From Sulfurovaceae bacterium (GTDB lineage Bacteria > Campylobacterota > Campylobacteria > Campylobacterales > Sulfurovaceae): a stretch of 64,000 nt of DNA. The notes under the pieces are model-generated. The model did not search any database, was not told the origin of the DNA, and saw only the letters and a program-made list of their open reading frames with translations. Location: contig CAWAVD010000004.1 in assembly GCA_963785375.1 (NCBI GenBank), positions 181,533 to 245,532 of the forward strand, given 5' to 3'. The translations under genes were made by a program, and so were the position numbers. Of the stretch, positions 44,207 to 53,820 are shown piece by piece (positions within the stretch are counted from its first letter, which is position 1; every line of letters begins with the position of its first letter).

Positions 44207-46519
44207 TTAATCGGTGCGGTTCTGTTTAGTATATAGATATTTCATACTAAATTCTTCTTTTGGAATAGGTTGAGAAAAATAGAAGCCTTGGTATATAATA
44301 TTTTTATCTAGGTTAAAGAGAATCTCTTTTTGTTTCTCATTTTCAATTCCTTCTATCACCAACGTATAATTGAACTGTTGGGCAATGTGAAATATGGTTT
44401 TGATAAGTGAAATATCAGCAATTTTATTTTCTATATTTAGAACAAATGATTTATCTATTTTAATGGCATCAAGAGAAAGATTCTGAATGTACGAAAGTGA
44501 AGAGTAGCCTACACCGAAATCATCTATGGCAAATCGTACTCCATGCTGTTGTAGAGTAGTGATGACCTCTTTAGTATTTTTAAAGTTTTCTACTAAAGTC
44601 TGTTCTGTAATCTCCAAGGTGATATCTGAACAATTCAATCCATAATGTTCTATCATACTAAGATAACGTGGAGTAAAATCCTCTTCTAGTAACTGAAGTA
44701 TATTAATATTAATCGATAAATATTTAAGATTCCATCGGTGCTGTTTTTTCCATGTACTTATTTGTAAGCATGTCTGCTCGAAGATCCACCATGTCGTTTC
44801 CCAAAGTAATCCACTTTTAATTAACAGTGGAATAAATTTATCTGGACTGAGAAGTCCTTTGGTTGGATGTTGCCACCGTAGAAGGGTTTCTGCAGCGATC
44901 ACTGAATCATCTGAAATGGAAACGATTGGTTGAAGAAGAAGTTTGAACTCTTTTTGTCTTAATGCATGATGAAGATCAGATTGAAGCGCAAATTGTTCTT
45001 GTTGTTCTTTATCGAGTTTAGTATTGTAGATGGCTGTGACTTCTCCTGATCCCTTTGCTTGGTACATCGCAATATCTGCCTGACGTATGAGTTCTTCTAC
45101 ATCTTGAAAATGAGGTTCTACTATTACCATACCCACACTTGCAGATATGAGGTGACTGGAGTTATTGATCACCAATGGTTCATTAAATATATCTGTTATC
45201 TTTTCAGCAAAATGGTGCATTCTTTCGTTCATTACATCATGGTTTGTAGAAATAAAAGGTATTACAATAATAAACTCATCACCCCCGAGTCTACAAATTT
45301 CGCAAGAAAACGTTAAAGACCTACTCAAGCGTCTTGATATATCAATTAGTACAATATCTCCAGTACTATGCCCTAAAGAGTCATTGATATTTTTGAAATC
45401 ATTTAAATCAAGATAGTAAAGAAGTGAATAATATGTATCATACCGGATATCTTTTGTAATACTTTTCATATACGCTTCGAATCCCCGTCTATTTAGAAGT
45501 GAGGTTAATGAATCTTGGGATGCAAGAATGCTTAATTGTTCTTGTGTTTGATACTCTTTTGTCTTATCATCTACAAGACCGATGAAACCTATACCTTTAT
45601 TATTACTGTCTGTAAACGGAAAATATTTTATCTCGACCAAGAGCTCTTCACCGTTTGGAAGAAAATGTGAATCTTTAGAGATAAGAGGTTTACCTCTAAT
45701 TACCCTATGAAGATCTCCGGATGTACTGTTTTTAAAGACTTTGTACGCAGTTTGTCCAATGATCTCTTCTTGTGGTAGTTGAAAAAGTTTACTAAGCTCT
45801 TCATTACAATTGACAATATTACATTCTGTGTCGCATGAGAATATACCGATAGGCGCTTCTTCAAAAAAGCTGTGCAGCAGTTCTTGATTTTTCTGAAGAA
45901 TCGTTTCCATTTCGTTAATCTTTTCTTCTTTGCTGTCAAGTGTTTTTTTCTGTCTGTAGGAGTGTAAAATAATATTTGCCTGTGCAAAGAAATAGATCAG
46001 TAGTAAAAAGGCAAGAATAATAGTTTCAACTTTTGTAACTAGTAACATAGTAACAAAAAGTGGAACATAGAGTATGAGAAGGAAACCTATAGCCGTACGA
46101 TAATCATAGGACAGGGTATTCGCCTCAGCACTACTCATACCAAGTATGATCACAAAGACAAGGAGTTGATAATAATCACTTAGCAGAGGTGTGATAAAAA
46201 GAATTAAGAGTGCGTACATTAATGCTGTTAACCACGCCCGAATGACAAATCTTTTGTGCCATCTTTCAAGTTTGTATCTTTTTGGATTATTTTTAAAATC
46301 ATAGGCATCATGTAGTCTCCACAAAGTGAAGACAAGAATAATACCGTACCATGCAAAAGCGGTATTACCTACATAGGGAGTGAGCAAATAAAGGAAGATC
46401 GTTTCGAGGAGTATGAGGCTGATAAGAGATTTTCTTGCAAAGGTGTAGACGTTATTGAGCGTATCTTCGCTCACAACTTTGTGATGTCTTATCTCAAATA
46501 TCTCTTTGAAGTAATTCAT
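44207..46519 (-). CDS. Membrane-bound PAS-GGDEF-EAL cyclic-di-GMP signalling protein
   Basis: N-terminal TM helices, PAS (FEEAPIGIF), RLGGDEF, ETLLRW, DDFGVGYSS, IKIDKSF, EGIE. Confidence 0.93.
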   Translation of the reverse strand: MNYFKEIFEIRHHKVVSEDTLNNVYTFARKSLISLILLETIFLYLLTPYVGNTAFAWYGIILVFTLWRLHDAYDFKNNPKRYKLERWHKRFVIRAWLTALMYALLILFITPLLSDYYQLLVFVIILGMSSAEANTLSYDYRTAIGFLLILYVPLFVTMLLVTKVETIILAFLLLIYFFAQANIILHSYRQKKTLDSKEEKINEMETILQKNQELLHSFFEEAPIGIFSCDTECNIVNCNEELSKLFQLPQEEIIGQTAYKVFKNSTSGDLHRVIRGKPLISKDSHFLPNGEELLVEIKYFPFTDSNNKGIGFIGLVDDKTKEYQTQEQLSILASQDSLTSLLNRRGFEAYMKSITKDIRYDTYYSLLYYLDLNDFKNINDSLGHSTGDIVLIDISRRLSRSLTFSCEICRLGGDEFIIVIPFISTNHDVMNERMHHFAEKITDIFNEPLVINNSSHLISASVGMVIVEPHFQDVEELIRQADIAMYQAKGSGEVTAIYNTKLDKEQQEQFALQSDLHHALRQKEFKLLLQPIVSISDDSVIAAETLLRWQHPTKGLLSPDKFIPLLIKSGLLWETTWWIFEQTCLQISTWKKQHRWNLKYLSININILQLLEEDFTPRYLSMIEHYGLNCSDITLEITEQTLVENFKNTKEVITTLQQHGVRFAIDDFGVGYSSLSYIQNLSLDAIKIDKSFVLNIENKIADISLIKTIFHIAQQFNYTLVIEGIENEKQKEILFNLDKNIIYQGFYFSQPIPKEEFSMKYLYTKQNRTD

Positions 46520-46677
46520 TGAAAATGTACCTCTGTACTACAAGTGATGAAATGATTCCCTAAAATCAAAAGCAGCATCTATAACTAACATCATGTTATT
46601 TAATATGATAACAATTGTAATATTTGTTTTAGCTGTATAAATGATATATTTTGGGCATTTTGTATGGGTATAAATCT

Positions 46678-47484
46678 TTAGTAGAAGAGGGCAGACATAT
46701 AGCCGACTACAGAGTCTGAGTCCTGGCTTACATTTGCAGAGGTGCGATAATCCAATAATTTTGAAGAGAGGCTTAGGTGTTTGGCAGCGACTATCATAGC
46801 CTGGATACCTGTTAGTCCACAGGCTTCACATCCGTTTTCAAGTTCAGATATGTTAAGTTCTTCAACACCTTTTAAGCAGTGCTTATCCAATAAATTTGCT
46901 TGTCTTAGGCTATAAAAATGACTAAGATCAGAGCTTATGACAACAGTATTATCTTTATTATTTAAAAGTGCAGTGATGAGGTTTGCTAATACTTTTGCTG
47001 AAATATCACTATAGATAAGTTCTATTACTTTTGTGTTTGGAAAGTAGTACTGTATAAAAGGGAACTGCACTTCTGTGGAGTGTTCTTTATTATGTACTTT
47101 GGGTTGAAAACCAATATCAAACTGTTTAGCTAAGGCAAAAAGGTAGGCACTGTCTATCTCTAGTTCACCGCAGGGAGTTTCATAAGTTTCATAATAACTT
47201 CCGGATATCCCCTTAAAGTAATGATGATGACTAGGACCAATGACAACAATGCGTTTTGCGTTTGACTGTTTTAAAAATCGGTATGCTGAGTTGGCTGTGA
47301 ACCCGCTATAAATGTATCCTGCATGAGGCGCAATGATGGCCCGAGGAATGATATCTTTCATTTTATGAGAGATGTCCATCTTGTCAAATGTATAATTGAA
47401 TTTTCTAATATATGTCTCTATGCCGGTACATTCATTAGGATAAAATTGACCTTGTACAGAAGCTTTTCTTACAGCATGCTTCAT
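46678..47484 (-). CDS. amrB: AmmeMemoRadiSam system protein B (MEMO1 family)
   Basis: GQFYP, PHAGYIYSG, GPSHH, EHSTEVQ, SSDLSHF and VVGY motifs. Confidence 0.93.
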   Translation of the reverse strand: MKHAVRKASVQGQFYPNECTGIETYIRKFNYTFDKMDISHKMKDIIPRAIIAPHAGYIYSGFTANSAYRFLKQSNAKRIVVIGPSHHHYFKGISGSYYETYETPCGELEIDSAYLFALAKQFDIGFQPKVHNKEHSTEVQFPFIQYYFPNTKVIELIYSDISAKVLANLITALLNNKDNTVVISSDLSHFYSLRQANLLDKHCLKGVEELNISELENGCEACGLTGIQAMIVAAKHLSLSSKLLDYRTSANVSQDSDSVVGYMSALFY

Positions 47485-48035
47485 TATTTCTCTTTATATT
47501 TTCTTACTCTATAGGTAAAGATCTCAGGATGCTGTGAGAGACAATCATTGTTTAAGTTCGCTTTCATGCATAAACTAGAGAAAAAATCATCGAACTTAGG
47601 TAATTGTTCCCAAACTTGAGGCAGGTATGTGGCTTGTTTCCCATTTTTTTTGAGCACAACTCCGTCTTGGAAAGGAACGATGTTACTTTTTAGATCTTCT
47701 ATATCTTTGTATGTTAATGGTTTGGGTTCAGAAAGAACAGAAACTTCTATTTTTATATGTTCCAGCTCTTCCACTGACAGTGGAAAAAACCTAGGATCAC
47801 TTAAGGCAGCAGCTTGTGCATTGTGAATAATATCCTCATAGAGAGGACGATAGGCTTGAAGTGAACCTATGCATCCACGAAGTTGATTTTGTTCAGTGTT
47901 AATGGTTACAAAGGCTGCACCGTTTTCTTCAAGACTGGGGTAGGTTTTTAAAGCATTTTCCAAATCAAACTCTTCAGTTTGATTCAAGGCGACTAAAATA
48001 GCAGCTTTGGCTAGAGCTATGACAACATCATTCAC
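47484..48035 (-). CDS. amrA: AmmeMemoRadiSam system protein A (AMMECR1 family)
   Basis: AFVT, LRGCIG, DPRF, ATYLPQVW. Confidence 0.93.
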   Translation of the reverse strand: MNDVVIALAKAAILVALNQTEEFDLENALKTYPSLEENGAAFVTINTEQNQLRGCIGSLQAYRPLYEDIIHNAQAAALSDPRFFPLSVEELEHIKIEVSVLSEPKPLTYKDIEDLKSNIVPFQDGVVLKKNGKQATYLPQVWEQLPKFDDFFSSLCMKANLNNDCLSQHPEIFTYRVRKYKEK

Positions 48036-48153
48036 TTTATACTCCTTTGTACTATTTTAGCATAAATTGAATAATCAAAAAAACTTTTAATATTTATTAA
48101 TGAATACCTTGATACAATACACACTAAACCAAAAATAAAATAGAGGAACAGTA

Positions 48154-49407
48154 TTGAGACTTTTATTTGTAGCAGTATTATCAATGAGCTTTTTTACCCT
48201 CAGCCTTTTTGGGGCAGATGCAACACTTAAGATAGAGAAAGATGTTGAACAACGTGCCCGGATAGCGCTTATGGATGGATCAACCAATGAGAGTAGTAAA
48301 GTGTTTAATATTTTACTTTCAGATCTTAAGATATCGGGACATTTTTTACCGGACAGTACACATCATATAGGAGATGTCTCATCAAACTATATTATCCCTG
48401 CATTGAAAAGTCAAGAATATGTACTTAAATATGCAATGAATCAAGAGTCAGGTGCAAAACTTTTAGTACGTCTTTTAAAAGCATCTGATGGTACACAGAT
48501 ATTTAAAAAAAGCTATGCGATTCCTAAAAAAGATAAAATGCCATTTCTGATACATAAAGCTATAAGTGACATTAATAATGTTTTAAGATATCCAAGTATC
48601 TCTTGGATAAATCGATATGTTGCCTATGCTGTGTATAGCGCTCCTGGACGCAGCGAAATACGTTTAGCTGATTACACTTTCAATTATAAAAAAACCATTA
48701 TCAAAGGTGGTTTGAACCTTTTTCCTAAGTGGGCAGATTCAAGTCAAAGAAGTCTCTATTACACATCGTATAAAGGCGCACTGCCTACACTATATAAGCT
48801 AAATATCTATAATGGAACCAAAACGAAGATAGCCAAGTCTGAAGGAATGATGGTCTGTTCTGATGTCAATAAAGATGGATCAAAACTTTTACTTACTATG
48901 GCTCCAGAAGGACATGCAGATATTTATGAATTTGATCTTGTGTCGAAAGCTAAGAGAAGAGTAACAAATTTTAAAGGTATAGATGTGAATGGAAGATATG
49001 TTGATGATGAGAGTCGTATTATTTTTATCTCTAATCGATTGGGGTATGCAAATGTATTTAAGAAATCTATAAAAGGCGGAGCAACCTCTCAAGTAGTGTA
49101 TCATGGGCGTAATAATAATGCCTGTGATGCAAATGGAGATAAAATAGTTTATTCCAGCAGAGAAAGTAGTAATGCATTTGGAGACAATACATTTAATCTT
49201 TATCTTTCCTCTACAGGAAGTTCAGATACAAGACCGATCACCACAACAGGCTCAAATCAGTTTCCTCGGTTTTCTACAGATGGTTCTGTGATACTCTTTC
49301 TGAAGCAGAGTGGTCGTAGTACATCCATAGGATATACAAATCTTTCAAGTCACCAAAGTTTACTTTTTCCGTTTAATGACAGAAAAGTTCAATCTATTGA
49401 TTGGTAA
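48154..49407 (+). CDS. tolB: Tol-Pal system protein TolB
   Basis: Signal peptide, PD40 beta-propeller repeats, directly upstream of pal. Confidence 0.9.
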   Translation: MRLLFVAVLSMSFFTLSLFGADATLKIEKDVEQRARIALMDGSTNESSKVFNILLSDLKISGHFLPDSTHHIGDVSSNYIIPALKSQEYVLKYAMNQESGAKLLVRLLKASDGTQIFKKSYAIPKKDKMPFLIHKAISDINNVLRYPSISWINRYVAYAVYSAPGRSEIRLADYTFNYKKTIIKGGLNLFPKWADSSQRSLYYTSYKGALPTLYKLNIYNGTKTKIAKSEGMMVCSDVNKDGSKLLLTMAPEGHADIYEFDLVSKAKRRVTNFKGIDVNGRYVDDESRIIFISNRLGYANVFKKSIKGGATSQVVYHGRNNNACDANGDKIVYSSRESSNAFGDNTFNLYLSSTGSSDTRPITTTGSNQFPRFSTDGSVILFLKQSGRSTSIGYTNLSSHQSLLFPFNDRKVQSIDW

Positions 49408-49482
49408 TACATTTTTTTCCAATTTTTCCAAGAAGTCATTGAATGGCTACTCGGATAATATTTTAATAAAAAAGGATACAGT

Positions 49483-49998
49483 ATGACACATAAATTACTT
49501 ATAACAACCGCTATACTTGGGCTCATTTTGGGAGGATGTGCACAAACTGCACCAGACCTTGATGGGAAAAACAATATTTCGGATGCAAACCATATTGAAG
49601 GTGATACAGTCAGTATCGATGAAAATACTTATGGCGATGGATCTACTGGAAACTATAACAGCAGTAGTGATGGCTTTAAAAGTATTTATTTTGGTTTTGC
49701 AGATTATTCAATCTCTCCATCTATGGAAAATAATATGAATCATAACATTGAAGTAGCCAATGCAGCATCTTCTAAAATAAAAATTGAAGGGAACTGCGAT
49801 GAGTTTGGTACAGACGAGTATAATTATGCTCTAGGATTGAAGCGTGCCAAAGCAGTAAAAGATAGTATTGCTGCACAGGGTATTGATACAAGTAGAATGG
49901 TCTTAGTTAGTTTCGGAGAGAGCAATGCTGTATGTACTGAACCTAGTGACAGTTGTTATGAAAGAAACAGAAGAGTTGACATTCGATTAATGAAGTAG
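49483..49998 (+). CDS. pal: Peptidoglycan-associated lipoprotein (OmpA-like)
   Basis: Lipobox LGGC, EGNCDEFGTDEYNYALG, NRRVD. Confidence 0.93.
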   Translation: MTHKLLITTAILGLILGGCAQTAPDLDGKNNISDANHIEGDTVSIDENTYGDGSTGNYNSSSDGFKSIYFGFADYSISPSMENNMNHNIEVANAASSKIKIEGNCDEFGTDEYNYALGLKRAKAVKDSIAAQGIDTSRMVLVSFGESNAVCTEPSDSCYERNRRVDIRLMK

Positions 49999-50005
49999 GA
50001 TAGAG

Positions 50006-50818
50006 ATGATAAGTAGATTTAGTAAGGTTTTAGCAGAGTGTACTTGTATAGTACTTTTAAGTACACTATTTGTACATGCTGAACCTTCTGTTTATGGTTT
50101 TGGTAGTGATGAAAATACCAATGATCCAAAAATGTCAGTAAGCAGTAAAAACACCATTGCTTCCTTACAGCAACATATTGCAGAGCAAGATGAAAGAATA
50201 GATGGGCTTACTACGATCGTGGAAGGGTTGAGTGCCACAATCAACGAATTGCAACAATCTAGAGGAGCAGATATTTCTTCCGTTGAGGACAATGATCCAT
50301 CCAACACCGCATTGCTAAAAAAATTAGCTGGCATGATAGATGAAATAAATGCGAATTATGTGAGTAAAGAAGAGTTGCAGCAGACATTAGGCAATAAAAG
50401 TGTGGTTCAAACTTCTGTCAAATCAGATAAAAAAGAGAATAAAACTCTTGAGAGTACAAGCAATGCAACACTTTATAGTGAAGGTGTAAGATTTTTTGTA
50501 AAAAAACGTTATGATGAAGCACAAAAAAGATTTACTTTAACAGATACAAAAGGTTATAAGCCAGCAGCTTCAAACTATTATTTGGGTGAAATAGCATATT
50601 ATACAAAGAAATATGAAGATGCAATATTTTATTTTAAAAAGAGCGCTGGTATTTATGACAAAGCATCTTATATAGATACATTGCTTCTCCACACGGCTGT
50701 ATCACTTGAAAAAACTGGAGACAAAGGTCAGGCAAGAGCTTTTTATGAGAATATTATTGAGAACTACACGGGCAAAAAAACGGCAGAGATTGCTAAAGAA
50801 AGATTGAAAAAACTTTAG
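50006..50818 (+). CDS. CpoB/YbgF-like TPR protein
   Basis: Coiled coil plus C-terminal TPRs, after pal. Confidence 0.8.
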   Translation: MISRFSKVLAECTCIVLLSTLFVHAEPSVYGFGSDENTNDPKMSVSSKNTIASLQQHIAEQDERIDGLTTIVEGLSATINELQQSRGADISSVEDNDPSNTALLKKLAGMIDEINANYVSKEELQQTLGNKSVVQTSVKSDKKENKTLESTSNATLYSEGVRFFVKKRYDEAQKRFTLTDTKGYKPAASNYYLGEIAYYTKKYEDAIFYFKKSAGIYDKASYIDTLLLHTAVSLEKTGDKGQARAFYENIIENYTGKKTAEIAKERLKKL

Positions 50819-50824
50819 GAAAAA

Positions 50825-51403
50825 ATGATGTTCAGAATACTCTTTATGAGTATCGCTATACTTACTATAGGGATGAAAGGTGAAGAGTATGAAATCTTGC
50901 CTTCCATAGGTATAGAAACTATACCTATAGATAAAACAGTTTTTAAACAAATCAAAAATGATAGTGAAAAAATAGTAGATCTTACAGGTAATGACATTAT
51001 CGTTGTCTCTGTGCGTGAACGTGGTAGTGACGGACGTTTTTATGCTGTAGATAGGGATGGTACTGTATGGTGGAGCGGTCCTGTAACTTCAGGTGCCCTA
51101 GAGTTTAGAAGCCCCTCTGGAATCTTTACTATTTTTCAAAAAAAACGTTATCATATGTCAACATTATGGCCTGATGAAGGCGGCGTCAATAATATGGATT
51201 ATATGATGAAGTTTACAAAAGAAGGACATGCCTTGCATAAAGGAAGTGTGGATTGGATGTCTCATGGCTGTATACACATCGATCCGAAGGATGTACCTGC
51301 GATCTATAATTGGTCCACCTATAAAACAAAGGTGGTCATTACCAGACATAGCTATATGCCTTTTGCAAAAGAAGATTTGAAAAAAATTTACGGCAAGAGG
51401 TAA
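50825..51403 (+). CDS. L,D-transpeptidase (YkuD family)
   Basis: SPSGIF, ALHKG...SHGCIHI catalytic motif. Confidence 0.88.
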   Translation: MMFRILFMSIAILTIGMKGEEYEILPSIGIETIPIDKTVFKQIKNDSEKIVDLTGNDIIVVSVRERGSDGRFYAVDRDGTVWWSGPVTSGALEFRSPSGIFTIFQKKRYHMSTLWPDEGGVNNMDYMMKFTKEGHALHKGSVDWMSHGCIHIDPKDVPAIYNWSTYKTKVVITRHSYMPFAKEDLKKIYGKR

Positions 51404-51437
51404 AAGAATTTTTTATCAATCTTTCATGACTTTCTTC

Positions 51438-51496
51438 ATATTTCTGGGAACATAGGATAAAAAATATCTCTGGGAACATAAGATAAAAATATCTCT
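51438..51496 (+). repeat. Tandem repeat, ~2.3 copies of a 25-26-bp unit
   Basis: atatttctgggaacataggataaaaa / atatctctgggaacataagataaaa / atatctct. Confidence 0.8.
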
Positions 51497-51558
51497 TATC
51501 TAAGGCTCACTAAAGTTTGATTAGCTAGAATAGCACAAATTTAACAATAGGAACTATC

Positions 51559-52074
51559 ATGACAATTACAAATGAAAATTGTGTCGTAGGTATCGAATAC
51601 GAAGTAAAACAAGCTGGTACAACAGAAGTTGTAGATACAAATAAAGGTGGAGCGCCACTAGAGTTCATCGTTGGGAAAGGGCAGATTATTCCTGGCCTTG
51701 AAAATGCACTTGTAGGTATGTCTCAAGGTGAAAGCGGAGACATTATGGTTTCCGCTGCAGATGCATATGGTGATGTAAATCCAGAAGCAATGCAAACACT
51801 CCCAATCGAACAATTCGAAGGTGTTGATCTTGTAGAAGGTATGACACTTTTTGGTCAAGGTGAAAATGGTCAAAGTGTACAAGTAACAGTAAGATCTTTT
51901 GATGATAAAGAAGTAAATATTGATTTTAACCACCCATTGGCGGGTAAAGACCTAATGTTCTCAGTATCCGTTGTAAGTGCAAGAGAAGCAACTGCAGATG
52001 AAGTATCATCTGGTATAGTCGGTGGTGCACCTGAATCTGGTGGTAGCTGTGGTACAGGATGTGGTTGTCACTAA
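51559..52074 (+). CDS. slyD: FKBP-type peptidyl-prolyl isomerase SlyD
   Basis: IIPGLE, DFNHPLAGKDL, Cys/His tail GSCGTGCGCH. Confidence 0.95.
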   Translation: MTITNENCVVGIEYEVKQAGTTEVVDTNKGGAPLEFIVGKGQIIPGLENALVGMSQGESGDIMVSAADAYGDVNPEAMQTLPIEQFEGVDLVEGMTLFGQGENGQSVQVTVRSFDDKEVNIDFNHPLAGKDLMFSVSVVSAREATADEVSSGIVGGAPESGGSCGTGCGCH

Positions 52075-52086
52075 TACTTCATTTCT

Positions 52087-52122
52087 CTCAGCGTCATTTT
52101 TTTATCAATGAATGACGCTGAG
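52087..52122 (+). terminator. Hairpin after slyD
   Basis: ctcagcgtcatt...aatgacgctgag, 12-bp stem. Confidence 0.65.
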
Positions 52123-52292
52123 TCTCATCCTGCTACTCTAACTTTACTTTTTCATCTCTCTTAAATTATATAGAATAGACATCTCTAATAAGTAACATCA
52201 TAAATACTCTTTTCTATGCAAAAAAATGTGAATCAATTGTTGTTTTGTATGATATTCTGCTATCATACATTTTATGTTTACAAGGGGAAAGT

Positions 52293-53603
52293 ATGCAGAA
52301 AAAGATAGAAAAACTTTTTGATATTAATATTGTATTGATGACTCTTTATTCATCTCTAGAGACAATAAGAGATCAAAAAAAGATTGAGCTTGTCTATGAT
52401 ATGCAGGCTACCGTACCAAGAGAGTTGAGAGGTGACTCTGATGTATTGTTGCGATTACTTAAAAAAATGCTTACCTTTGTCTTTGAAAATACCGATAAAA
52501 AAGAAATTGTGCTGTCACTTGGAGCTCCTGAAGATTTTATATATGAAGAATTAATGTCTTTTAAAATACAAGACACAAGCATACCCAAAGATAGGATTTT
52601 GGAATTCTTAGAAACGAATATAAGTCATGATCTTGAAATTCTTGAAGGTAGGATTACTTATGAGAGAGGTGCAGATATCCATTTAGATATACCTTTTATG
52701 ATCAATGAATTGGGATACAGACGTCATTACAGGTTGCCCGATGTATCTATGTTGGGTAAGAAGGTTTTATTGATCGATGAAAGTGAAAAAGTATCTCAAA
52801 GTATTAAAAAAATGTTTAATTATTTTTTATATGACGTTGATATAGGATTTGATGCATTTAAAAGTCAAGGAAATGATCTTACTCCATATGATATCTTAAT
52901 CGTAGAAGACAAGTTAAATTCAGAGGAATTTGAAAAAATCATAGCAAAAGTGCAGCAAAACATACCCCTTAAATATGTACTGCTTAAAGATGCTCATATC
53001 GTAGAGAGTAAAACGATAAGCGTGACAACGAGCTTGATTAAACCTGTTACCGAAGAGAGTATTTATGAATTGATCGTAACACTTTATAATAATGAACCTT
53101 CCAAGGGAGAGAAAAGAATAAAAGCTCTTGAAAATGTTGTTGATCTTGAAAAAGTGCTTAAGCCTTCAAAGAATAATGTCAATGAGAACAATAAAATAAC
53201 TCAAAGTGCTACAAAGGAAGACAATATTCATTCGATGACTGAAAAGAGAAAAGGGCTTGATCTAGCTATTTTAAATAGAGAATTGGGAGAACAAAACACT
53301 AAAAAAATGGGTTTAAAATATGATAATGAACTAAAAATTTTTTTAGATACTTTCGATCGTTCAGATCTCTATTTTAGACAAATCGTAAATGAAAAAGCAA
53401 TAAATAAAATTAAAGAATTTTGTATAGATCTGGAGAAACATGCAAAGCTGATCGGGGCTGAGAGTATGTTGAAGTTTGTAGATATAGTCAGTCTTATTTT
53501 TGTCTATAATAAACTCGATATATTGCCTATTTACCCAGGCAAATACCATATTGAACTACAAAAACTCTTAGCAGAGATCAAAAAAGAACTTAAAATTAAA
53601 TAG
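52293..53603 (+). CDS. Degenerate HATPase-receiver-Hpt signalling protein
   Basis: Recognisable domain scaffolds with substituted catalytic residues; RBS aagggg before ATG 52293. Confidence 0.6.
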   Translation: MQKKIEKLFDINIVLMTLYSSLETIRDQKKIELVYDMQATVPRELRGDSDVLLRLLKKMLTFVFENTDKKEIVLSLGAPEDFIYEELMSFKIQDTSIPKDRILEFLETNISHDLEILEGRITYERGADIHLDIPFMINELGYRRHYRLPDVSMLGKKVLLIDESEKVSQSIKKMFNYFLYDVDIGFDAFKSQGNDLTPYDILIVEDKLNSEEFEKIIAKVQQNIPLKYVLLKDAHIVESKTISVTTSLIKPVTEESIYELIVTLYNNEPSKGEKRIKALENVVDLEKVLKPSKNNVNENNKITQSATKEDNIHSMTEKRKGLDLAILNRELGEQNTKKMGLKYDNELKIFLDTFDRSDLYFRQIVNEKAINKIKEFCIDLEKHAKLIGAESMLKFVDIVSLIFVYNKLDILPIYPGKYHIELQKLLAEIKKELKIK

Positions 53604-53643
53604 TGTGATCTAAACAATTCAAATCTTCTATTGGGCGCTGTGT

Positions 53644-53679
53644 GAAAACGTTATAAAATTTCCATATATGAGATTTTAT
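53644..53679 (+). repeat. Isolated copy of repeat B (inverted relative to the island copies)
   Basis: gaaaacgttataaaat-ttccatatatgagattttat versus the reverse complement of 14555-14591, gaaaacgttataaaatgttctatataggaggttttat. Confidence 0.65.
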
Positions 53680-53820
53680 TAGCTTTTCAATGTATTTCCC
53701 AAAAGCATCAAATATACTTTCTACTCATGGTAATTCTCTAGCTTGCAATGTTTTACTATGAGATCATAATTTAAAGATGGTAAAATACATAAAATATTTT
53801 AATACTTCTAAAGGACACGT

